Below, one piece after another: positions 11,871-24,639 of a stretch of DNA of 64,000 nt (within the stretch, counting starts at the first letter, position 1; the number at the start of each line of letters is the position of its first letter). The notes under the pieces are model-generated. The model made no database searches and was not told the origin of the DNA. It was given only the letters and a program-made list of their open reading frames with translations. This DNA comes from Glaucostegus cemiculus. Lineage: Eukaryota. Position numbers and translations under genes: made by a program. Where the stretch lies: contig CDPCPM010000479.1 of NCBI GenBank assembly GCA_976551045.1, positions 62,001 through 126,000 on the forward strand, given 5' to 3'.

Positions 11871-14800
11871 AGTCTCTGGGTTACCTTTCAGTGCATACTT
11901 AATTAGCTCAACCAGACTTGTAATATTCTGTAGAAAGTTATTGTGACCTTCTCAATGCAGTTGTAAACTGGCTGTTCAATAACATGTTTCTTTTTTTGTT
12001 CACTTTTCACATTGATTTGGATTAATCTAATCTGTAGCATTAGCTGACTGTTCTCCTTGAGTTTACCTCCCACAAATAAAGTGACGATCTTAATTATGGT
12101 CTTTAAACATTTAATTTTGAGCTGTCTGGTCGCATGGTCAGGGGGTGTCTGTCATTCAACATTAAGACAACAAGTATATTTAAAACTCTACCAGTGTTTG
12201 GTTGGATATCCTGATTCTTTCAGGTATTTCACTAATTCTTGATTGGTCTGATAGGAGGAGTGTCAGAGTAATAGTTGCTTCACTTGGTTTGCACCTCCTA
12301 CCGGCTGAATTTAGAACAAGATGTGGAGAAGTAGGTGGTCCAAATTGTATTGGACGAAAACTTGTAGCAAAGAGCTGGCAAGACACACAAATCGGTTATC
12401 AAAAGTGGACGGCAAGAACAAAACAAATGTGGCATAGAGTGGTTGCTCCTAGTATAAGCAACCAACTGGCTCCCATTCAGCTGATCAGATTGTATTTTGC
12501 TTCTCATACTGCTGTCTGTTTGTGAATGGTGCGCCCTCTGTTGCACGGATCCCCAAGGGGTTATTCTATAATCTTTACAACAGGAACAGTGGGGAACCGT
12601 TTTCTCATGTAGCTGCCTTTCTTTCAAGTTTCATGGCTGTTACGCTTTAACTGACAGCAGTTTTGGGACCTGGATTTATTGACTTAGTATCAATTCAAGT
12701 TTTTCTTCTTTAAGTATAGGGATAAATTTTCTAACGTTTCCCATTGCAGGCACCCAGCCACCATGCTACACGTTTTTGCTAAGAAATAACACCTATAGCA
12801 AAGCCTCAGTATTTGTGCTTGCACTAGCTGTAAAAGTTCCTATTCACTATGAAAGAAATTAAACCAATAAAATTGCCAGCATCTACTAAACAGTATTAAT
12901 ATAATTAGATTACCGTCCATCATTCTGCTATATCTTGTGTTGCATTTTGAGAAAATTATTTTCTTAATTGTTGGCATACACTAAATTTGGCAATAGACAT
13001 GAAACGTTGATGGTGAGATTTACTTTTGCATTGGAAGAGTTGTGGGAATTCAGACCTTGACCTTATGACAAAGCAGTGACCAACCCAACGACACGGGCCA
13101 CAGGGGAAGCATGCCTCTCGTCTGTCCATCATAAAACAGTGTTGATGACAGCCATGCAGACTCCGCAGCTTTTACTGCCCAGTTATCCCATAATCTCATT
13201 TAAGAGTGAAAGCGTAGCAGAGTAAGGCAGCATCATGCTTTGGTAGTGGCCCATGACCTGATTTTATTTTTCAAGGGTGAGGGAGCTGCATCTTCTGAGA
13301 GAGGTCCCATTGGGGTGGGGGGGGGGCGGTTCCATTTTTTTGGGGGTTTCCACAACGATGTATATGATGGTACATCACTGTGATAGTAATATGTTAAGTT
13401 ACAAACCAGTAATGTAATACTCATTACAGAAGTAATATCCCTGCAATAGCTGAAATTCTTAAAGTTTTTTCTCCTTGGTATGTTGATACAGAAACATTTG
13501 GGGGGGAAAAAAGAACGCCGTGTAATATCTACACTCTGCCTTTTGATGTCACTGATGTATATATTTATAGATTCTGCTAGTGGCATCTACTGGTGGTAAA
13601 AGAATAGTACTTACTCCTATCATTCGCGTGTTTTCAGGCCAGCACCTGACTCTCATTCTTGAATGATGAAACAATCTTCAGGTAATTCTCATCATAGACT
13701 CTGACAATCCTTTTGCTTCCTTTTCCACGTGTAATTGGGGTGCATTGTCTTTACATGATGTTCGAACTGGAAAGGTGGTGAGAATTTTACTTTAATCAAG
13801 AGACTTGGGGAAAAGAGCCAGGAGCCACAGGTAGAATAAGAGAAGTAAATTGAGCTGTGAAAGTAATGTGCAAAATTGAGGCTAAAAAGCCTGGTCTATG
13901 TAGTGGACGGACTTGCAGTTTCCTTGCAGTGTGGTAGGTAACACTGCAGTTGGAAAATCTGCTGTGCCATGAACATGCCAGTTAAAAGATCTGTAATGTT
14001 ATTAAAACAACAGACAATTATTTTGCACAGCTGTGTAACCAGTGATGCTACTGGAAGAAATAGTATCTGTAAAGATGGGCAATGTATTGATTCAGTGCCT
14101 TGATCAGTGCCCGCCTTTACATATTGCATTTTGAGAACTTAACCTATCCTATGAATAAACAACAAAAAACAAATGATCCCCAAAGGATGATTGTAACGGT
14201 GACAACAGTTGGACTAAATGCAGTTTCACCAGTTTCACAAGGTGACATCACCTTGATTCCTTAATTGTCTTTTAAGTTTAATTCACTTGCAGCATTTACC
14301 AATGTGTCTGTAGTGCTGAGAAGAAAGTACTGACAGGGACCAGACTTCCCTAGAGAAACGACTGGGGCAAGAGGCTGTATTCTGTTGCTTGACCCTTACC
14401 GGCAGATGGCCATCAGGAATCAAATACCCATGTGCTGGGAGATAGGGAGAGGATTTAGCAGGGTGATTATTCAGAGATGAATAGAGTGATTAACTGATAA
14501 AGAGCATGTGAGACAGGGTTGGGGGCTTTGATCCTCAGTAATAATGCACTGACTGTTGTTAGTGCAGTGGGATGCTCCATAACAAGAAGGGACACCAATG
14601 TATTACAGGATTACACAGTTTGCTGTTGCCTTTAACCCTGTGATGACCGGTAACTATTTATTTTCTGAACAAAATTCTAACCTGATTTGTGTAGGATTTT
14701 AGTTGTGCTTGTTTGGCTTTTGGAGGGAGTATTTTTCAGAAAAAGCATCCACTGAGGGGGAGGGGGACCTCAGACTGTACACTGAAACGCTTTACTGGTA

Positions 14801-15146
14801 TGAAATGTCAGTGAATCCTCTCCCATGAGTGACCTTTGTCTCTCATGAGTGAAAGAGCAATTAGAATGTGCTGTTTTGCAGGGTTAAGTTGTTCTATGGG
14901 CATTGTCAGCTTCTTAAAGGGATTGTTTAGCATTTTGCTTTAATAGTGTCATGTGGTATTGTTGTTTCCCTTTCCAGTGTGTTTATCCATTCACCTCCAA
15001 GGATGGATGTGTGTTGTGGAAGCCATAGTTCAGCGAGTGAAAACACCTATCTTTCTACCCCCGTGAATTAATAGATTGCCTATCTTTACATTTTTCATTT
15101 TGATGAGGTTTACTACCATGAGAATAAGCAATTAAAATCAAATTTA

Positions 15147-15430
15147 TAGAGTTATACAACACAGAAACAGGCCCTTTGGCCCACCACATCCATGCTGAAC
15201 CTTTTGCCCATCTACACTAATTCCAATTGCCCCCATTAGGTCCATGTACTCCTGTGCCTTGCCTGTTTAAGTGCCTGTCTAAATATCTCTAAAACATAGT
15301 GATTGTATCTGATTCCATCACCTATCCTGACAGTGCATTCCAGATGTCAACCAATCTGTGTAAAACAAAATTTTGCCTTCAGATACCCTTTAAAACTCCT
15401 TCCTCTCACTTTAAACCTATGCCCTCTTGC
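15147..15430 (-). mobile_element. CR1 3' end
   Basis: Reverse tail atacaacacagaaacaggccctttggccc...ctttaaacctatgccctct. Confidence 0.8.
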
Positions 15431-15559
15431 TTTGCCGATATCTCAAGCCCTATCCCCATTGACTGTACTGATGGCAACAAATAAGATAATCCCTGCCTAT
15501 GTATTTGAGAAACAGCTGCCATGCTTTGAGATGAAATGGCCAGGGTAGTGGATTTGGGT

Positions 15560-16095
15560 GCAAGATTGTACCCAAATTGTAGAGGGCCCTGGTGAGACTG
15601 TATCTGGAATATCATCCACAGGTCTGGTCTCCCTACCTACAGAAGGTATCTCTGCAATACCAGGTTAATTCCTGGGATGCTGGGTTTGTTGTATGAAGAG
15701 CAATCAAGCAGGCTGGGCCAATGCGGTCTTGTGTTTAGATGAGTGAAAGATGATGCCATTGATGCATAAGAGTTCTTAAGGGGCTAGATATGATGGGTGG
15801 AGAGATAATGGTTCCCCTGGCTCTTGTGTCTAGGATCAGGGGTCACAATTTTAAGATAAAGAGGAGGGCCATTCAGTACATCGATGAGAAGAAATTCTTT
15901 AGCGCAGAGGAGAATTTTCTGCCCAGGAGGGCTGTGGAAGCAAAATTGTTGAGAGTGTTGAGGTTGATGGATTTTAGTTATTGAAGGAACAAAAAGATGG
16001 GGATTATTGCAGGAAAATAGCTGAGGTCAGAGATCAGCCATGATTTTATCAGAGGGCAGAGCAGGCATGAGGGGCTGAATGGCTTAAGCTTCTGT
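15560..16095 (+). mobile_element. Decayed CR1 ORF2 end and 3' UTR
   Basis: ctggtgagactgtatctggaatat...ggtctccctacc (decayed LVRPHLEY..WSP), SRIRGHNFKI, and tail gatcagccatgat...ggggctgaatggc. Confidence 0.8.
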
Positions 16096-16288
16096 TTCAT
16101 CAGTTCTTCTGTGAGGGGAACCAATCTTGGTGAATATGAGCACCTCCTGGTGGCTAGATGCATTGTAGCATCGTTAACTTGTGTATCCTGTTGAGTTTAG
16201 CACCACCAGAACAATGAAGTATTTGGAAAGTAACGAAGTATCTGGACTTGAATTGATTCATAACTTTGGAGTTCTATAAATGAGTTAC

Positions 16289-16526
16289 TTTTTATTTACA
16301 GCGTGGTAACAGGCCCTTCCGGCCCAACCAGTCCACGCCGCCCATTTTAAACCCAAATCAACCTACCCGTACGTCTTTGGAATGTGGGAGGAAACCGGAG
16401 CACCCGGAGGAAACCCACGCAGACACGGGAGAACGTACAACCTCCTTACAGACAGCAACGGGAATCAAACCCTAATCGCTGGTGCTGTAATAGCGTCGCA
16501 CTAACCGCTACACTACTATGCTGCCC
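16289..16526 (-). mobile_element. Young, apparently full-length tRNA-derived V-SINE
   Basis: Minus strand has an A-box-like tagtgtagcggttag, B-box ggtttgattcc, V core gggtttcctccgggtgctccggtttcctcccacattccaaagac, CR1-like tail gggcctgttaccacgctgta and an A-rich end. CpGs are largely intact. Confidence 0.85.
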
Positions 16527-19009
16527 CAAGAATCAGCTCCCAATGCTGTGCCATTGCCTTACCGCAATGCCATGACTCAGACACTTACATTTAGTCACAA
16601 TGCCAGAATTAACATGTGGATTTGAGGTGTCAATCAATTGGTAGATAGGAGCCAATTTTCAGCTAATCAGGGAATTGTTTTCAGTATGGTTTCCACTTTT
16701 AAAATGGAGGGGGGAGGCAGGTAGATACAGTGATTGCACTAATCTAAGGTACACTGTATTTCAATGTACTGCCTATCTTTACTGACCTGCAGCAGAAGTC
16801 TTGAGATTGTTGTGTGAGAAATCAAGGTATAATACAGGCCATGTTTCTCTATTTACTAGAGTACCAAATGGAATTCTGGAGAAGACTGAGGTTGTGCATG
16901 TGGGGAGATGCAACAGGACAAGGGAATACTGGGGCAATACTGTGGGGTGTGGGAGAAGAGAAGAAATTAATCTGGAATCAATTTTTTAGGAAACATTAAA
17001 CATATTTTAACTCCTCTAATCAACTGCATTGGAAAACTTATTTTGTTGCAGTTAAATGTATTGCATTGATCTTCTGGTTTCTAACTGCAGATATAATGGC
17101 GTTGGAATGTTAATGAGAAATGCCATCAGCCATTGCCTTCGAGCAAGCTTTGAGTTTTGAGAGCCAACTGAATGAGCTGCAGTGGACTTGATAGGTTGTG
17201 TTAGGGTTTAATTGTCAATGAGCTGGATCATGCTAATTGTGGCCTGTGATTCCGAAGGAAACTGAAGGCATTCAGCCATTCAAATAGGAGTAAATCCTGG
17301 ACCAGTGGCCACGTACTGCAAGTCCAGGACTTGTGGCAGATGCTGAATGTGTCAGTGTGCATGTAATGATGCAAGCCGAAAGCTCAGTTCATACTCTTCA
17401 TGAATTATGTTGTTCAAACCTTGATGGTAATATGTGCGCTTATGGAACAATAGTGAGAGTATTAGGATATTAGTGAACAGTGGAAGTTGCTGTTCACTAC
17501 CTAACCTTTCACTTTCTGTCCTTTCTCAACCACCACCTCACATTTGCCCACAACTTCTTCTCACCCTTCCCCACTCCAGCCTTGCGTATTGTAATAGCCT
17601 TGGTGGCAGAGATTAATGTTTAATTAAGTGAGCAAGTTAACAGAAAGATGACGTCCACAGAAAGCTGTTGTGTCATTATTCTTAAAATGACCCAACCACG
17701 GGGAAGGCAGAACTCTGGAGAGGATTTACCTTCCTACATTGTTCAAACTAATTACCTGGAAGATCCATAAATGGTTGGAGAGGAAATGAAAATAGAAAAT
17801 GCTAAAAATGTTCAGTAGGTAAGGTATCCTCCACAGAGAGAAATATTTCATGCCTTGACATTATTGTTAAAAATCCTTCAAAGAATTTAGAGAATGGCAT
17901 ATTTTACACCAATTAATAATTAATGCTTAACTTGCCCTGTGTCCTTGCAGATATATTGCAAACTGTTGCAAATTGTACCAAATACTGGCCAACATATGCA
18001 TACATGTGCAATTGAAATAGTGGGTGCTTGGTCAGTTAGTCCCACAGTGGGTTTGTCTGGCACTGGGCACTCTTGAACTAGTGCCACCATCTCTGTACAG
18101 TTTTGCCAGTTTACTTTTGCTTTTTTTCCCCCCACTGCCTTGCCTGAAGTTGTGTGATTCCCATTGATTAAAGGGAAAGGGAAGATGTTAGACAGCTTTT
18201 TAGAATTGAAACAGAAATCCGATGACCCTCAAAAGAAAATGTGGAGGTAAATTAAATCGGTGTCATTTAGCAATTGTATTAAACTCTGTAATAATGCAAA
18301 ACTAAAACAAGAGCATAATTTGTTTCTTCTTTCAAGATGCACCTCCCCACTTCTTGCCTATAGTGGTGTGCTAATGACCTGTTTATCAGAGAGGTCTGTG
18401 GCCTAATTGCAGGTGTGTATGTGAATTTGATGAGGTCTGTCAGTGCTCTACACTCTCACAGCCACTAATTACTGACCTGGACCTTTCTAATAAGGTGATT
18501 AAGCAACCAATCATTTGCCAGCTTGTCACCTGGGCCATTGCTCAGAATACAAGAGGAACAACACACAGGAACAAGGCTATAATTGAGTCCCAGTGAATCA
18601 CATTAAGGTGCTCATCAAGTGTATTGTCATGTATTGTTTCAAATATGAGTTGCACTGTACACTTCCACCACTCTTACTTGATTTGTCATATGGAAGTTAC
18701 TTCAGATGTTATAATGTAAGTGATTACAAAAATAGAGCAAATCGTAATGTATAAAGTGGAGCAGCTAAATACCAATCACACAGGTCTCATACCCGGGCAT
18801 TCTACGACTGGTGTCATTGATTTGACTGGTCAGACTGCTGATGGCATAATGTGCTTGCACAGTTTCATATTCCACAAAGGTTGAGCTGGTCAATTACAAG
18901 TACACATCCCAGCAAATGGTTATGAGGGAGTGTCCACTGTAGTATTTCTAAGCTACAAGTTCGGGGGAAAAGGAAATGTCTCAAGTATTACTGAAGTGTC
19001 CAGGTATTG

Positions 19010-19290
19010 AGAGGACATGGCCTTAGGGTGAAAGGGGAGAGGTTTAGGGGGAACTTCTTCACTCAAAGTGGTGGGAATGTGGAATGGGCTGCCATCTGAT
19101 GTAGTAAATGCGGGCTCACTCTTAACTTTTAAGAGTATATTGGATAGATACATGGACGAGCGAGGTCTGGAGGGGTATGGGCTGGGTGCAGGCAAATGGG
19201 ACAAGCAGAATAATGTTTCGGCACAGACTAGAAGGGCCGAAGGGCCTGTTTTCTGTGCTGTAATTTTCTATGGTTCTCTGGTTCTATGGT
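19010..19290 (+). mobile_element. CR1 3' end with short tandem tail
   Basis: VGMWNGLPSDVVNAGSLLTFKSILDRYM; ends tctatggttctctggttctatgg. Confidence 0.88.
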
Positions 19291-20599
19291 ATTATTCAGT
19301 GCTTGGACTCATGAAGTGTAATATTAAGATTTGTTTTTATAAAGAATATCGCATTGAGTAAAATGTTGAGGCAAGAAAGTTCATGAATAGTTTTACTTGC
19401 TGTTTAAGAATGCACTATACCTTGTTGGACCTATCATTCTGAGCTGACGCTATTTTATTTACAGGAACATTTTCCCTAGTTTCTTAAACAAGATGTCTGT
19501 TGCTGAAGGAAACTTGGCCACATTCCACAAATGTTTTGCTTTTTCAGTAAAAGCCATGTCGCATGTCCTCTAACATTGATCTCCCACTGAAGGAATCCCA
19601 TCTCTTCTAGCTTACAAAGAAGGCCTTTATTCCTTCAGTGACTCAATGTGATGGGTCAGGGAGCTAAGCTGTGCCTACACCATTCTTTATCTGTTGCTAT
19701 CAGGGTAACTATTGATTAAGAACTAACCTCTTTTATGTGTCGGATCACTAACCAGAATGTTTAAGGGGACTTGATGTCCTTGCTGTGCTACAGAATGTTC
19801 TTGCACTGTTACAGTTCAAAGGCTTTATTTTGCAATCTTTCTTGCAAGTTAAAAAGGCTAAATCAGATATTTAAGGGGATCCAGGACTATATAAAGCAAG
19901 CACAGGGATTTCAGACTATCTTTCAGAAGTGGTAATGTACACACACAACCCTCCTACCTCCAGTGAAGTCCACATAACCTAGAAAGGCTTGTGCTGTTTC
20001 ATACCCCACCTTTGAAGAAGCTCCGTTCGTTGATTTTAAAGAAAACTGAAATTTCTCACAGCAAGTCTTCCATAATAAAATTAAAAATAAGCATTGCAAT
20101 GCATGGACCAAGGAACTCATGGGAAATGTCCCTACACTATGCAGAACCTTCCACGTACCAAGGAATCATCTCCTTAAAGCAAATATTATTCTTTAAAGCC
20201 TTCAAATTACAGCCTGTTCTCCCTACCAAGTCCCATTCTCCCCCTCCACTCTAAAGCACCACTGCTTTCCAATGTTTCTACTGCTTCCTTCTAAAATAAA
20301 TTTCCCAAATGTATTTATTTTTTAAGATGTATAAATAATGGATGCAAGCAAAATTCTTATGTTCCACCCTGAACTTTGCTTAATTTGAAGATTGAGCCCA
20401 GAAGTTTGCTCCACCCATATTTGTATCTCTTATGGGACAAAATATAAGAGAGTGGAATTTTCTTCTAATCTTTAAGGTGGTTGTGTATAAATATCTAATG
20501 TAGGTTTGGGACTGGAGCTCTGGGTATGTGCACCATGTACTGAAGTACAAGTATGCATTAGACAATTTTACAACTTAAAAAGTTGCTGTATTTTTAAGG

Positions 20600-21560
20600 A
20601 TGAACATACAAATTAGGAGTAGGAAGAAGCCACTCAGTTCCTGTAGACTGCTCAGCTATTCAATACAATCATGACTAATTCAACTGTAACCCCAATTCCA
20701 TATTCCTGTGATCATTCACCCCTTGCTTATCTACCTCAATCTTGCAAATATTCAAAGACTCAGCTCTCGCTGCCCTTAAGCATGACAATATCAAAGTCTT
20801 GCGACCCTCTAAGTAGAAAAAAATTCACATCATCTCCGTCTTAAATGACAACCCCTTAGTTTTAAACAATGGCCCTGTCCAGATTCTGTGTCTGCACATC
20901 CACCATTTCAACACCTCTCGGGATCTGGCACGTTCCCCTCTCAAGCTTCTAAATCCCCTCAGGTACAGACCTTGCCACTCCAACCTTTCCTGCCCATCCG
21001 TCTGCTTTACCTGCTCGAAACTGCTTCCAACACGGTTTTGTTAAATAAAGCAACAAATACTTTACACAATCCTCCAGATGTGGTGTCATCAATACATCTG
21101 ACTCACCTCCCTCCCTATCACAATACATACATTCTGTTACCTTTCCTTATCACCTGCACTGCCTGCTGTCCTAACCTTTTGTAAATCACGCACTAGGGTA
21201 CCCAGATTTCTCTGCATCTCAAGATTCTGAAACCTCTCGCCACTGGGATGATAAGTTTTTTACTTTTCCTGCCAAAACGGACAGTCTCACGTTTCCCACA
21301 TAATCCTGCATTTGCAAGATCTTTCTTCACCCTCTCACTTAACCTATCTATATCACTTTGTCCCACCAACTTCACAACTTAATTTTCTAACTAGCTTTGT
21401 CATGAGCAAATTTAATAAATGTATCTTCAGTGCCTACAGGGATAAGTGTATCAACCTCAACTTATACATTTATGTAAATTGTAAAAGTCAGGGTCCATGC
21501 ACTTATCCCTTAACCACATCATTTGTTACATCTTGCCGATCGAATAGCATTTATTGCCTA
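20600..21560 (-). mobile_element. Old CR1 LINE with deletions
   Basis: Reverse tail at 20600-20680 and decayed RT-region peptide QSDIDRLSE near 21350. Confidence 0.65.
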
Positions 21561-21761
21561 CTTTGTTTTCTGTTATCTTCATCCACAGTAAAAAAAATTA
21601 TCCTTTGCACCTGTTTTCCACAATAACCTTTTGATGTTGCATGTTATCAGAAATTCACAGCACACATTACTGGTAAATTGGTGAAATATGATTTTGTGTC
21701 AGATTGGAAGTTGGTGTATATTTTTTTATTGCTGTGATCTTCAAGTAGCCCAACAATATTT

Positions 21762-22533
21762 AGAACATAGAACATAGAAAAACTACAGCACAATTCAGGC
21801 CCTTCGGCCCACAAAGCTGTGCTGAACATGTCCCTACACTAGAAATTACTGGGCATTCCCATAGCCCTCTATTTTACTTGGCTCCATGTACCTATCTAAC
21901 AGTCTCTTGAAAGACCCTATCATATCTGCCTCCACCACTGCTTCTGGCAGCCCATTCCACACCCTCACCACTTTCTGAGTAAAAAAAAAACTTTCCCCTG
22001 ACATCTCCTCCATATCTACTCCCAGCACCTTAAACCTATGTCCTCTTGTGGCCACCATTTCAGCCCTGGGGAAAAGCCTCTGACTATCTACCCGATCAAT
22101 ACCTCTCATCATCTTATACATCTCTATCAGGTCCCCCCTCATCCTCCTCCTCTCCAAGGAGAAAAGGCCGAGTTCCCGCAACCTACTCTCAAGGCATGCT
22201 CCGCATTCCAGGCAGCATCCTCGTAAACCTCCTCTGCACCCTCTCTATGGCTTCCACATCGTTCCTGTAGTGAGGCAACCAGAACTGAGCACAATACTCC
22301 AAGTGGGGTCTGACCAGGGACCAATACAACTGAAGCATTACCTCCCGGCTCCTAAATTCAATCCCGCAACTGATGAAGGACAATACACCATATGCCTTCT
22401 TAACCACAGAGTCAACCTGCGCAGCTGCCTTGAGCGTCCTATGGACTCAGACCCCAAGATCCCTCTGATCCTCCACACTGCCAAGAGTCCTACCATTAAT
22501 GCTATATTCTACCAACCTATTCGACCTACCAAA
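21762..22533 (-). mobile_element. Relatively young 5'-truncated CR1 (HER1-like) LINE
   Basis: Three frameshifted segments: YSINGRTLGSVEDQRDLGV; VKKAYGVLSFI...LVRPHLEYCAQFW...; ELGLFSLERRRMRGDLIEMYK...WNGLP. Tail (ctatgtt)n. Ends about 100 nt before the DDX31 final acceptor. Confidence 0.93.
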
Positions 22534-22637
22534 TTTACAGCTTGCTGCACCAAGCTGGCCTTGTCTTTTAGACATTTTATTCTCTAAACTTGCACTTGGT
22601 AAAGAATTGCTACTTAACCGCTTTCTCTCTTCCTCAG

Positions 22638-22788
22638 GTCTGGCTTGGGCAGGAATCTTTCCGCTAAGGCCCAAGTTGCTTTGAAACTACAATCTGAATA
22701 TTCAAGTGGACTTGGAGAAAAATTTTATAAGGTAAAGAAGAAGCGAAAACCTTTAAAAAGTCGCAGACCCCAGTCAGAAAGCATCTGA
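22638..22788 (+). CDS. DDX31: DDX31 terminal coding exon (R)SGLGRNLSAKAQVALKLQSEYSSGLGEKFYKVKKKRKPLKSRRPQSESI*
   Basis: Absent from the ORF track in this frame. Branch-like cttaac near 22613, pyrimidine tract and cag acceptor at 22635-22637. Phase is compatible with the 2253 donor (AG+G = Arg). LQSEYSSGL matches human LRSEYSSGM; TGA at 22786-22788. Confidence 0.88.
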
Positions 22789-22960
22789 AGTGAGCAGCAA
22801 ACACATGCAGCCACTCTGTCAAAGGCTATGCTATTAATGCCAGTCAAGTAACCTCATTATGAAGTTAGCACCACTGAGCAGGATGAAGCAAGTTACAGAA
22901 CTGCCCTGATGAACAGGGCAGACCAACTGATGATGTCTGCTGGAATTGTGTTTTTATGAC

Positions 22961-22970
22961 ATTAAATAAA
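22961..22970 (+). terminator. DDX31 polyadenylation signal (overlapping ATTAAA and AATAAA)
   Basis: attaaataaa about 170 nt after the stop, followed by GT/T-rich sequence and an A14 run at 22994-23007. Confidence 0.7.
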
Positions 22971-23559
22971 TTGTTTGTAACTTGTATTTGTGCAAAAAAA
23001 AAAAAAATAGTTACTGATTTAAATTAATGTCAGAGGCTTTTTTTTTTGCAGGTCTTGAAACAGGAACCTGGTCCAGCCCTGTACTAAGTCAGGTACAAAC
23101 ACCATCCCAAAGATGGACAGTTAGTACTCTAACCAACTGTGACCTGCTGGTGTACTTCATCCTGTATTCTGCTCTGAATGTAAACAGGGGCAGACCACCT
23201 ACGTTGTGGCAGAACACCTACCAAGGAAAATGTCATGAAATGGAATGAAATCAGAGTTCCATTTTCCCTTTATGCCCTCTCTGACCTTATGGTGTCCCCC
23301 ACTTATTCTCTTAGCTCTATCCCTACTAAGCTAAACACCCAACCTCCCTTCCTGGCCCTGATGTAAGTTGTCACGGTTAATAGTTTTTCTCAAAAAAAAG
23401 AGTAATCCTGAATTTCTCAGTGCTTTCTAGCATCCCTTACCTCTCCCAACTACTTGAATCTTTTATAGTTTTACCAATCCATACCTATCATTCCCGGAAC
23501 TCCTTGTTTGAATCTGTCCGATTGTGTTTCTGTCCCTGCTACAATATGGAAGCATGTGT

Positions 23560-24520
23560 TATCAAAGTTCATAATCCTTTGTGGCTGTAATATTCAGTCC
23601 CTTCTCAGCATTCTCAATGTTCCTGCAATCTTTGCCCTGACTGGCCATGCCATTCTCCAGTGCCTGTCCGTCATCATCCAACTGGATGGGTCTGCAGTCA
23701 ACTGGTACCATTCTTCTCAATCCAGGGTCTTCGATTGTCCTGGACCCCTCCCAGTCTCCGATCTACATGCAAGGCAAAAGAATCAGATTCGAATGTACAA
23801 TGGCGTCCTCCAGCTCCACATCACTACCACTTCCTTCCAACCCCTCCATGGTCTCTAAAATCTCAGATTACTTGGCCCGCATCCGGTAATGGTTGAACAG
23901 AAATTTCCCCTAGCCAAAGTCATTGTCATCAATACCCTGCAGTAGCTGTGTTTCCCCCTAGTCGCTGGTTCCATCCCTCTATATGGCAAGTGTCAGTCCT
24001 TGTGTCTTGTTTGACCTTGAGGTGAGATTTGGGTCACATATCCAAACCATCACATAAATCACCTGTGACCAGCCCAATAGTGTCGCCTACCTCCTATTGA
24101 AATCCTTACCTGAGTCCCTGATTATTCCATAACATACCTGTCCAACTTCCCTCAGTCTACAAATGACATAATACAAAGTTCTGTTGTCCAAAGGCCACCC
24201 ACTCGCCCACTCCACCCCCTGTGTCCTCACTAATGTGCTTTGGCTGCTCATTCACTCACAGCCAAATTTCAAAATTCATCCTCCTCTCGCTGTAATCCCC
24301 TCCACTCTTATGTGAGATCTCTGTGTTCCTCCAGTTCTGGCCTCAAACCCTTCCACTACTGGTAACTTTGACTTTAACTACCAAAGCTTTAACTTTTGGA
24401 ATTCCCTCTCTAAACCCCCACCCCTTCTAGTGCGTTCCTTAAAACCTACCTCTGGTTACCTTCCTGAAAATCAGTGCCAGGTTTTATGTGGTAACCCTTG
24501 GCAATGTTTTTACCCTGCCC
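23560..24520 (+). mobile_element. Decayed L2 LINE (RT end and 3' UTR)
   Basis: C-rich plus strand with tggttgaacagaaatttccc, ttgtttgaccttgaggtgagattt and ccttaaaacctacctct. Confidence 0.55.
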
Positions 24521-24639
24521 ACAAGATAACAGATAGCTGGCAGATTCAGGAAACTAACCAAAGCCAGCTTAGCGGGGGTAATAAAAAAGAAGTACATGCA
24601 TTTTTGAAAGATCGGGGAATTGAAGGCTCTGGGCAGCTA

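Noticed and set aside
16440-16526. tRNA-like A and B boxes
   Set aside because: This is the head of a V-SINE, not a cloverleaf tRNA gene.
22786-22920. DDX31 TGA plus SECIS-like ATGA...TGAT stem, suggesting selenocysteine readthrough
   Set aside because: The helix is only about 6 bp, the apical AA is misplaced, and DDX31 is not a known selenoprotein.
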